From assembly GCA_005790265.1 (NCBI GenBank), contig SXVE01000267.1, forward strand, positions 1-33,923: a stretch of 33,923 nt of DNA, read 5' to 3'. The notes below the pieces were generated by a model. That model was given only the letters and a program-made list of their open reading frames with translations. It ran no database searches and had not been told where the DNA came from. Of this stretch, positions 8,874-16,615 are shown piece after piece; the stretch's first letter is position 1, and each line of letters begins with the position of its first letter. This stretch comes from Acidobacteriota bacterium. GTDB taxonomy: Bacteria > Acidobacteriota > Blastocatellia > Pyrinomonadales > Pyrinomonadaceae. Both the position numbers and the translations under genes were made by a program.

Positions 8874-11800
8874 ATGCACAAAAATCCCAGCTCAGAAACG
8901 CGCCGCAATCTTTTGTTCTGCTTTGTTATCTTAGGATTAGCGGCGGCGATGATCGCTGTTCCGTATCATTTCCGCTCGACTGCCGTTTCACCGTCGAAAG
9001 CCGAAATCACTGCGACGGCGAAAACCTCAAGTCACGAAAAGGATTTGGAAAATTACGATATTCGCACGGATAAAAAAGCATTTGAAAAATTAGCCGGTTT
9101 TCGCCGCACCGCGAATAAAAGCGCGGCGACGGTCGCCGATGCGCGCGATGCTTTTGTCGCTGGCGAAGCGGAATTGAAACGAAAAGTGCCGACGCTGAAA
9201 GTCGAGTATAATGCCGAACTGAAAACGCCCGAAGTAATCGCGCCTGATGTCGCAAAAGGAAAAGCCGTTCTGAGCGAAGCGCTCGCCGGTTCGCGCGCCG
9301 ATACGCTGCGCAGTTTCGTGCGCGGCAATGAAAAACTGCTCGGCGTTTCTTCGACAAGCATCGAGACGCTCAAAACCACTGCCGATTACACCAATCCCGA
9401 CGGCAATCTCTCGTTTGCGGAATTGGAACAAAACATCAACGGAATTCCGGTTTTTCGCGGCGAAGTAAAAGCCGGTTTCAACAAAAAAGGCGAAATCATT
9501 CGCGTGATTAACAATCTCGCTCCCGGTTTGGAAAGCGCTGACGTTTCGACCGATTTTCGCAATCCGGCAAACGCCGTCAGCAGCGCGGCGAAATACGTCA
9601 ATTTTGAACTGAAAACCGATTTGACGCGCGCCGAATCAATCGGCGACGAAACGAAAGTTAAATTCGGAACGGACGATTGGGCGCCGACGGCGGAAAAAGT
9701 TTATTTCCCGACCGAACCGGGCGTTGCCGTTCCCGCCTGGAAAGTTCTGATTTGGAAGCCGGTCAATGCTTATTACGTGATTGTTGACGCGGAAAACGGC
9801 ACGATGCTGTGGCGCAAAAACATCACGGAAGATCAAACGCAGGCGGCGACTTATAACGTTTACGCGAATCCGAACGCGATGATTAATTCGGCGGACAATC
9901 CCGCGCCGCTTACGCCCGGACCGGTTTCGCCGTCCGGCGGAATACAGGGCGCGTTGATCGCGCGAACGAATGTGACGCGCGTCGGCAACGAAGCGCCGTA
10001 CACATTTAACAATAACGGCTGGATCAGCGACGGCAACAACGTGACTGACGGCAACAACGTGCAGGCGGGCATTGACCGCGTGGAACCGGACGGAATTGAT
10101 GCGCCGGTTACAGGCGACAATCGAGTGTTCACTTCAACCTGGAATCCGCCGCCCGGAAATCCGGCTCCCGGCGATTCGCCGCTCACTCCGCAAGCGCAAA
10201 ACGGCGCGGTTATCCAAATGTTTTATATGATGAATCTTTATCACGATGAACTTTATCGTTTGGGATTCACTGAACAGGCGCGCAATTTTCAATCGAGCAA
10301 TTTCGGACGCGGCGGACTCGGCAATGACCGCATTTCAGCCGAAGCACAAGATTATTCCGGTTCGAACAACGCCGGTTTCGCCACGCCGTCCGACGGCGGA
10401 CGCGGAAAAATGCAAATGTATTTGTGGACGCGCCCTGTGCCGAATTACGACGGAACGACCGATATGGACATTGTGATTCACGAAGTCACGCACGGCACGT
10501 CCAACCGTCTGCACGGCAACGCCAACGGTTTGGTTTCCAATATGTCGCGCGGAATGGGCGAAGGATGGGGCGATTTTTACGCTCACGCGCTGCTTTCCGA
10601 ACCGTCAGATCCGCTTAACGGAATTTATACAATCGGCGGTTACGCGCTCTATTCGCCGAGCTCTTTGGGCAATTATTATTACGGAATTCGCCGTTTTCCG
10701 AAAGCGATTATGGCGGCGACCGGCGGACCGAATAACCGACCGCATAATCCTCTCACCTTCGCCGACATTGATGCGACGCAGATTAATCTGAACGACGGCG
10801 CGTTCGCGCGCGGACCGAACGGTGCCGCGACCGCCGACCAAGTTCACAATATGGGCGAAGTCTGGAGCAGCGCTCTGTGGGAAGTGCGCGCCAAATTTAT
10901 CGCGCGGCTCGGCTGGCAAGTCGGCAATCGCCGCGTTCTGCAATACGTTACCGACGGAATGAAACTGGCTCCGCTCGCGCCGACTTTTTTGCAGGAACGC
11001 GACGCGATTATCGCAGCAGCGCAAGCGAGTTTGCCGACGCCGCAGGCAAATGCCGACACGAAAGACGTGTGGGAAGGATTTCGCATTCGCGGAATGGGTT
11101 TCAGCGCAAAAATAATTAATCCCGGAACCGGCAGCAGCGACACGCGAGTTGTCGAAGCATTCGATACGCCGAATCTGTCTTCAACTCTGACTTTTTCCGA
11201 CGCAAGCGGCAACAACAACGGAAATTTTGATCCGGGCGAAACCATCACCGTTACCGTTCCGCTCGTTAACAATACGGGTGAAAACGCGTCTGACATTTCA
11301 GTCGAAATCGTCGGCGGCAGTTCGGCAAGCTACGGCAGCATTGTCAACACTTCGAGCGCCAGCCGCCAAATCGCCTACACGATTCCGAGCGGAGCCGTTT
11401 GCGGCAGCGCGATCAGCCTGACTTTCAAAGTCAACAGTAGTCTCGGCGCGATGACTTTTACGCGTTCGATCATTCTCGGCACGCCGATTCCATCGGTAAC
11501 CGAGAATTTTGACGGCGTGACGGCACCGAACCTTCCGGCAAACTGGACGGTCGAATCAATCAGCGGCGGCGTTAATTTCGTAACGGCGGCAAACGGAGCC
11601 AATTCCGCGCCGAACGCGGCGTTTGCGATTGATCCGTTGACGGTCGGCGGCGGAACCAATCTGACTTCGCCGTCGGTGGCAATCACCGCGCAGGCTGGTA
11701 TCGTCACTTTTCAGCACAAATATCTGACCGAAAATTTGTGGGACGGCGGCGTTCTCGAAATCAGTCTTAACGACGGAAATTTTGAAGATATTCTGTCGGC

Positions 11801-12890
11801 GGGCGGCTCTTTTATCGAAAACGGCTACAACAGTTTTCTCGGCGACGGAACGAATAATCCGCTGGCGAATCGAGCCGCGTGGACGGGAAATTCCGGCGGT
11901 TATATCTCGACGAAAGTTCAGCTTCCGGCAGCGGCGGCAGGCAAGAATGTGCGTTTGCGCTGGCGTTTCGGCGCGGACGACAACACCGCGCCGAGCGGCG
12001 GCGGTTGGAGCATTGACGACATTCAGATCATCGGCAATTTCAGCTGCGACCCGGTCAGCAATACGCTCAAATCGCGCGCCGATTTCGACGGCGACGGCAA
12101 ATCGGACGTTTCGGTTTTCCGTCCGGCTGATGGCAATTGGTATGTCAATCGTTCGACGGCAGGCTTTATTTCGGCAAATTGGGGCGCGCCGACCGACATT
12201 ATTACTCCGGGCGATTTCGACGGCGATAAAAAAACCGACACGGCGGTTTTCCGTCCGTCAAACGGAACCTGGTATATCATCGGCAGCGCCAACGGTTTCT
12301 CGTCGGTTCAATTCGGGCAAAACGGCGACCAGCCGGTTTCCGGCGATTATGACGGCGACGGAAAAGATGACATCGCGGTTTATCGCCCGTCAAACGGCAC
12401 TTGGTATCGTCTGAATTCTTCCAATAACGGTTTTGTTTCGGTGCAGTGGGGACAAACCGGCGACAAGCCAATCGTCGCCGATTTTGACGGCGATAAAAAA
12501 GCCGACATCGCCGTTTTCCGAACGGGAACAGGTTATTGGTATATCATCGGCAGCACCAACGGATTTTCGTTCGCGCAGTTCGGCGAAAGCACCGACAAAT
12601 TGGTTCCCGGCGATTACGACGGCGACAACAAGGACGACATCGCCGTATTTCGTCCGTCAAACGGAACTTGGTACCGGCTTAATTCCTCTAACAATCAGTT
12701 TGTTTCCGTTCAGTTCGGCGAAAGCACGGACATTCCGGTTCCTGGCGATTATGACGGCGACAACAAAGACGACATCGCGGTTTACCGCAGCGGAAGATGG
12801 TATCTGAACAATTCCAGAACCGGATTTTCATTTACCGATTTCGGAGCGACGACCGACAAAGCGATTCCGACCGGCTACATTCCCAATTAG
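8874..12890 (+). CDS. Secreted M36 (fungalysin-type) zinc metalloprotease with FTP/PepSY-like propeptide, beta-sandwich accessory domains and a C-terminal six-repeat FG-GAP/VCBS cassette
   Basis: A Shine-Dalgarno sequence TAGGAGGG lies 8 nt upstream of the ATG. The N-terminus has a hydrophobic signal/anchor (LLFCFVILGLAAAMIAV). An FTP-like segment reads INGIPVFRGEVKAGFNKKGEIIRVINNL. The zinc site HEVTHGTSNRL (HEVTH = nt 10479-10493) and the downstream EGWGDFYA (Glu at 10560) match the M36 HExxH...EGWSD arrangement. Confidence 0.85.
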   Translation: MHKNPSSETRRNLLFCFVILGLAAAMIAVPYHFRSTAVSPSKAEITATAKTSSHEKDLENYDIRTDKKAFEKLAGFRRTANKSAATVADARDAFVAGEAELKRKVPTLKVEYNAELKTPEVIAPDVAKGKAVLSEALAGSRADTLRSFVRGNEKLLGVSSTSIETLKTTADYTNPDGNLSFAELEQNINGIPVFRGEVKAGFNKKGEIIRVINNLAPGLESADVSTDFRNPANAVSSAAKYVNFELKTDLTRAESIGDETKVKFGTDDWAPTAEKVYFPTEPGVAVPAWKVLIWKPVNAYYVIVDAENGTMLWRKNITEDQTQAATYNVYANPNAMINSADNPAPLTPGPVSPSGGIQGALIARTNVTRVGNEAPYTFNNNGWISDGNNVTDGNNVQAGIDRVEPDGIDAPVTGDNRVFTSTWNPPPGNPAPGDSPLTPQAQNGAVIQMFYMMNLYHDELYRLGFTEQARNFQSSNFGRGGLGNDRISAEAQDYSGSNNAGFATPSDGGRGKMQMYLWTRPVPNYDGTTDMDIVIHEVTHGTSNRLHGNANGLVSNMSRGMGEGWGDFYAHALLSEPSDPLNGIYTIGGYALYSPSSLGNYYYGIRRFPKAIMAATGGPNNRPHNPLTFADIDATQINLNDGAFARGPNGAATADQVHNMGEVWSSALWEVRAKFIARLGWQVGNRRVLQYVTDGMKLAPLAPTFLQERDAIIAAAQASLPTPQANADTKDVWEGFRIRGMGFSAKIINPGTGSSDTRVVEAFDTPNLSSTLTFSDASGNNNGNFDPGETITVTVPLVNNTGENASDISVEIVGGSSASYGSIVNTSSASRQIAYTIPSGAVCGSAISLTFKVNSSLGAMTFTRSIILGTPIPSVTENFDGVTAPNLPANWTVESISGGVNFVTAANGANSAPNAAFAIDPLTVGGGTNLTSPSVAITAQAGIVTFQHKYLTENLWDGGVLEISLNDGNFEDILSAGGSFIENGYNSFLGDGTNNPLANRAAWTGNSGGYISTKVQLPAAAAGKNVRLRWRFGADDNTAPSGGGWSIDDIQIIGNFSCDPVSNTLKSRADFDGDGKSDVSVFRPADGNWYVNRSTAGFISANWGAPTDIITPGDFDGDKKTDTAVFRPSNGTWYIIGSANGFSSVQFGQNGDQPVSGDYDGDGKDDIAVYRPSNGTWYRLNSSNNGFVSVQWGQTGDKPIVADFDGDKKADIAVFRTGTGYWYIIGSTNGFSFAQFGESTDKLVPGDYDGDNKDDIAVFRPSNGTWYRLNSSNNQFVSVQFGESTDIPVPGDYDGDNKDDIAVYRSGRWYLNNSRTGFSFTDFGATTDKAIPTGYIPN
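12081..12887 (+). repeat. Six tandem ~44-aa FG-GAP/VCBS-type repeats (coding, C-terminus of the M36 protease)
   Basis: Repeats run DFDGDGKSDVSVFRPADGNWY..., DFDGDKKTDTAVFRPSNGTWY..., DYDGDGKDDIAVYRPSNGTWY..., DFDGDKKADIAVFRTGTGYWY..., DYDGDNKDDIAVFRPSNGTWY..., DYDGDNKDDIAVYRSGRWY... Confidence 0.85.
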
Positions 12891-12936
12891 AAAATAGAAA
12901 GCAGAAAATCCGTCAGGGATTTTCAATTTTCTTCGT

Positions 12937-12986
12937 AAAAAAGAGCGCGCGTGATTAAAATAGCTTTGGTCACACGCGCTCTTTTT
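12937..12986 (+). terminator. Rho-independent terminator of the M36 protease gene
   Basis: The arms AAAGAGCGCGCGTGA (12940-12954) and TCACACGCGCTCTTT (12970-12984) form a 15-bp stem with one mismatch, followed by a T-run. A smaller hairpin GAAAATCC-GTCAG-GGATTTTC sits just upstream. Confidence 0.7.
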
Positions 12987-13113
12987 ATAGTTTCAGACGA
13001 GAAACAAAATCGTCCGCAACAACGGAAAAGAACTAAGTTAACATTTCAAACATTGCTTTTCGACCGCCGGATTATCTACTATCTAATTGACTATCAGGTA
13101 ACTGTTTACATTT

Positions 13114-15234
13114 ATGAAACCGACTGCACAAAAAGAAATAACCGCCGAAACCATCAAAGAAATTACGTCTGCCTCGAATTCGCGCCTGTTGCTCAACCGC
13201 GAATTGAGCTGGCTGGAATTTAATCGCCGCGTTTTGGGCGAAGCGCTTGAAGAAAGAAATCCGCTGCTCGAAAGATTAAAATTCCTCGCTATTTTTTCAA
13301 CCAATCTCGATGAATTTTTTATGATTCGCGTCGCCGGTTTGAAAGAGCAAATCGCCGAAGGCGTGAGCAAAACTTCGATTGACGGAATGACGGCAACCGA
13401 ACAGCTCGCCGAGATCAGCGAAAAACTGCGCCCGATGCTCGACCAGCAAATAAAATGTCTGAACGAAGAAATTCTGCCGCAGCTCGCCGCCGAAAAAATC
13501 GAAATCGTTTCGCACAAAGACTTAAAAAAGGAAGAAATAAAATGGTGCGAAGAGTATTTTCTCAAAAATATTTTTCCCGTTCTGACGCCGCAAGCCGTTG
13601 ATAAAAGCCATCCATTTCCGTATATCTCAAATTTGAGCTTAAATCTCGGATTGTTCGCCGAACCGAATAAAGCCGTTCATCACGGCAAGCTGAAATATCT
13701 TTTCAAAGAACGCCGCTTCGTCCGCGTCAAACTGCCGGCGAACGTTCCGCGCTTGATTCCGATTGACGGCAGCGAAACTCGTTTTACCCGGCTCGGCGAA
13801 CTGATCGCGGCGAATATTCGCTATCTGCTGCCGAATATGGAAACGAGCGAATGCTTTTTGTTTCGTTTAACGCGCGACGCCGACATCGAACTGCGCGAAG
13901 ACGAATCCGGTGATTTGCTGCGCACCATCGAACGCGAGCTGCATCATCAAAAACGCTTCAGTTTTCCGGTTCGCCTTGAAATCGAAGACGCAATGCCGCA
14001 GGAAATCGTCGAATATCTGACCGGCGCGGTCGGATTAAGCGAACAGGATATTTTCCGCGTTAAAGGATTTTTGAACATTCCCGATTTGATGTCGCTTTAT
14101 TCGCTCAACCGACCGCAACTGAAAGATGCGCCGATGAGCTACACGATTCCGAAAGCGCTCCAGAAAGCGCCGAATATTTTCGATGTTTTAAAGAAGCGCG
14201 ATATTCTCGTTCATCATCCGTACACTTCTTACAGCACGATCACCGATTTTATTGACGATGCGGCGGACGATGAAAACGTGCGCGCCATCAAAATCTGTCT
14301 TTACCGCGCGGGCAAAAATTCGCCGATTGTGAAATCGCTCGTCAAAGCGAGCCGCAACGGAAAACAGGTTGCCGCGCTCGTCGAGCTGAAAGCGCGTTTC
14401 GACGAGGAAAACAACATCGAATGGGCGCGTCATCTCGAAAACGAAGGCGTTCACGTGATTTACGGAATGCGCGGATTGAAAACGCACTCGAAAGTCGCGC
14501 TCGTCGTTCGCCACGAAGCGGACGAATTGCGCCGTTACGTGCACATCGCGACCGGAAATTACAATCCGACGACCTCGAAAATCTACACGGACATCGGACT
14601 TTTAACCGCTGATCCGGAAATCGGCGCGGACGCCAGCGATCTGTTTAATTTTTTAACCGGCTATTCCTACAAACCGGAATATCGCTCGCTGCTCGTCGCG
14701 CCGATTAATTTGCGCGACGGAATGCTCGAGATGATTGACTGCGAAACGAAAAACAAAATGGGCGGCAAAGACGCGCGCATTATCGTTAAAATCAACAGTT
14801 TGACCGACGACCGCATTATTCAGGCGCTTTACAGAGCTTCGCAGGCGGGCGTCAAAATTGATTTGATCGTGCGCGGAATTTGCGTGATTCGTCCGCAAAT
14901 CGAAGGTTTATCGGAAAACATTCGCGTCGTTTCGATTGTCGGACGCTTTCTCGAACATAGCCGCATTTTTTATTTTTACAACGGCGGAAAAGAAGAAATT
15001 TACATCGGCAGCGCCGATTGGATGCACCGCAATCTCGACCGCCGCGTCGAAGCGATTGTGCCGATCAAACAGAAAAAGCTGGCGAAGTTTCTAAAAGAGG
15101 AAATTCTCGATTCTTACCTGCGCGACAATGTGAATGCGCAAACGCTCGACGGCGACGGCAATTACCACAAAATCAAAGCCGCGCCCGGCGAAGAATTCAG
15201 TTCGCAGGCGTATTTTTCCGGTTTGGATATTTAA
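13114..15234 (+). CDS. ppk: Polyphosphate kinase 1
   Basis: The N-terminus carries the canonical PPK1 signature LLNRELSWLEFNRRVLGEA...NPLLERLKFLAIFSTNLDEFFMIRV. The autophosphorylation His context is GLKTHSKVALVVR. Two PLD-like C-terminal domains are present (HIATGNYN..., GSADWMHRNLDRRVE). Confidence 0.95.
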   Translation: MKPTAQKEITAETIKEITSASNSRLLLNRELSWLEFNRRVLGEALEERNPLLERLKFLAIFSTNLDEFFMIRVAGLKEQIAEGVSKTSIDGMTATEQLAEISEKLRPMLDQQIKCLNEEILPQLAAEKIEIVSHKDLKKEEIKWCEEYFLKNIFPVLTPQAVDKSHPFPYISNLSLNLGLFAEPNKAVHHGKLKYLFKERRFVRVKLPANVPRLIPIDGSETRFTRLGELIAANIRYLLPNMETSECFLFRLTRDADIELREDESGDLLRTIERELHHQKRFSFPVRLEIEDAMPQEIVEYLTGAVGLSEQDIFRVKGFLNIPDLMSLYSLNRPQLKDAPMSYTIPKALQKAPNIFDVLKKRDILVHHPYTSYSTITDFIDDAADDENVRAIKICLYRAGKNSPIVKSLVKASRNGKQVAALVELKARFDEENNIEWARHLENEGVHVIYGMRGLKTHSKVALVVRHEADELRRYVHIATGNYNPTTSKIYTDIGLLTADPEIGADASDLFNFLTGYSYKPEYRSLLVAPINLRDGMLEMIDCETKNKMGGKDARIIVKINSLTDDRIIQALYRASQAGVKIDLIVRGICVIRPQIEGLSENIRVVSIVGRFLEHSRIFYFYNGGKEEIYIGSADWMHRNLDRRVEAIVPIKQKKLAKFLKEEILDSYLRDNVNAQTLDGDGNYHKIKAAPGEEFSSQAYFSGLDI

Positions 15235-15257
15235 CCGCCAAACGGCAAAAATCAACC

Positions 15258-15317
15258 AAAAAAAAACCAACAAAAGAAGCTGACAATAAAAATTATCAGC
15301 TTCTTTTGTTGGTTTTT
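15258..15317. terminator. Bidirectional terminator between convergent ppk and the EEP gene
   Basis: A perfect 19-bp stem, AACCAACAAAAGAAGCTGA (15265-15283) with TCAGCTTCTTTTGTTGGTT (15296-15314), encloses a 12-nt loop. An A-run lies before it and a T-run after. Confidence 0.9.
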
Positions 15318-15349
15318 CGTTAATCGTCCGAATTTATCTATTCATTTAT

Positions 15350-16486
15350 CTATTCAGCGGTTTGCAGCGTTTCCTTTTTTTCCGCTTCTTCAGCGCGGCG
15401 TTCTTCTTCGAGCGTTTCGAGCGCTTCTTCGATCATTTCATCGGCGTCGCGTTTTTCCTCCGGCGCGGCTTCCGGTTCTTCCTGCGTAAACTGCGCCGTC
15501 GTTTCGAGCGACAGCGAAATATACATCGGATAATGATCGGAACCGACTGACGGCAAACGTTTTAGCTCTACCAAACGAAAATGATTCGAGTGAAAAACGT
15601 GATCGAGCGGACAGCGCACGACCGGGTAAGCGACCGGAAAAGTCGGGTATAAACCGCGACCGATGCGCGGATCGAGCAAACCGCTGATTTTCTGAAAAAG
15701 TTTCGTCGTCCAAGACCACGCGACGTCGTTTAAATCGCCCGCGACAATCGTCGGCACATCGAGTTTGTCAATCATTCGACCGACCATCAGCAATTCGGCA
15801 TCGCGTTCGAGCGAGCGCGTGTTTTCCGTCGGAACCGGCGGGCGCGGATGCAGACAATAAAGACTGATGCGCTTGCCCGAACGCAGCACGACATCGGCGT
15901 GAATCGAAGGAATATCGTCTTCGACCAGAAATTTCAGCTCGGCGTTTTCCATTTCGAGCCGCGAATAAAGCGCGAGTCCGTAAGCGTTATCGAGCGGACA
16001 TTTTACGAAATGCGGAAATTTTCGTTCAAGTTCCGTCAGATTATTTGTCCAAAACTCGTCAACTTCGGCGAGCAGAACCAAATCGGGATTGATTTTTTCA
16101 ACTAATCGAACCAATCTTTCGGTTTCGCGATTGTCGATAAAAACGTTGCAGATAAACAGTTTGATAACATTCTGCGGCAGCGGAACGCGGCTGCGCTCGA
16201 CTTGTTTCGGGTAAAAAGGCAGATATTTGAGAACGCAGAAAATTTGATAAGCGAGACACGATGCGATGAGCAGCAGAAATATCACTTCGACAACGGTCAA
16301 AGGATACATCAAAACGGGCATCAGAATCAGCACCAGCAAACAGACGACCGCAATCTGCAAACGCGGAAATTCACCGATGCGAATCCACCACGCGGTATAT
16401 CGCAAAAACGGCAAAACGGTCAGCATTACTGCCAGAAAACCTAAAAAATAAAGAAAACCTTCAAATGCCCAAAGAATATTATCCAT
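15350..16486 (-). CDS. Membrane-anchored endonuclease/exonuclease/phosphatase (EEP) family protein with acidic C-terminal tail
   Basis: The N-terminal ~100 aa form about 3 hydrophobic helices (FLYFLGFLAVMLTVLPF, IAVVCLLVLILMPVLMY, VIFLLLIASCLAYQIFCV). EEP catalytic landmarks are present: VLLAEVD, AGDLNDVAWS, GSDHYPMY. The C-terminus is Glu-rich (EEPEAAPEEKRDADEMIEEALETLEEERRAEEAEKKE). Confidence 0.8.
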   Translation of the reverse strand: MDNILWAFEGFLYFLGFLAVMLTVLPFLRYTAWWIRIGEFPRLQIAVVCLLVLILMPVLMYPLTVVEVIFLLLIASCLAYQIFCVLKYLPFYPKQVERSRVPLPQNVIKLFICNVFIDNRETERLVRLVEKINPDLVLLAEVDEFWTNNLTELERKFPHFVKCPLDNAYGLALYSRLEMENAELKFLVEDDIPSIHADVVLRSGKRISLYCLHPRPPVPTENTRSLERDAELLMVGRMIDKLDVPTIVAGDLNDVAWSWTTKLFQKISGLLDPRIGRGLYPTFPVAYPVVRCPLDHVFHSNHFRLVELKRLPSVGSDHYPMYISLSLETTAQFTQEEPEAAPEEKRDADEMIEEALETLEEERRAEEAEKKETLQTAE

Positions 16487-16615
16487 CGCTGAAAATGATT
16501 TTAACTTAATTTATCGTTTAATCTGAAACCGAATTTCTTAAACTATTATTTGTTTAAAACCGTCTGACAATAGTCTACAATGACAGTGCCATCTTTTATT
16601 TCAGGAGTTTAACGA

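Noticed and set aside
12081-12887. Regular ~132-bp periodic repeats that might be mistaken for a CRISPR-like or tandem-repeat array (also at 17252-18058)
   Set aside because: The repeats are contiguous, in frame and diverged at synonymous and non-synonymous sites. They translate into FG-GAP/VCBS protein repeats. There is no repeat-spacer structure.
13087-13115. TTGACT-17-ATTTAT as a promoter for ppk
   Set aside because: The putative -10 overlaps the ATG start codon itself, so it cannot serve this gene unless the mRNA started inside the coding region. This is probably a chance match in AT-rich sequence.
12951-13223. 90-aa ORF overlapping the ppk start, and the 64-aa ORF at 8600-8794 in the dinG/M36 divergent spacer
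   Set aside because: Both are AT-rich intergenic or terminator sequence read as protein. They have no RBS, an odd composition and no similarity to anything I recognise.
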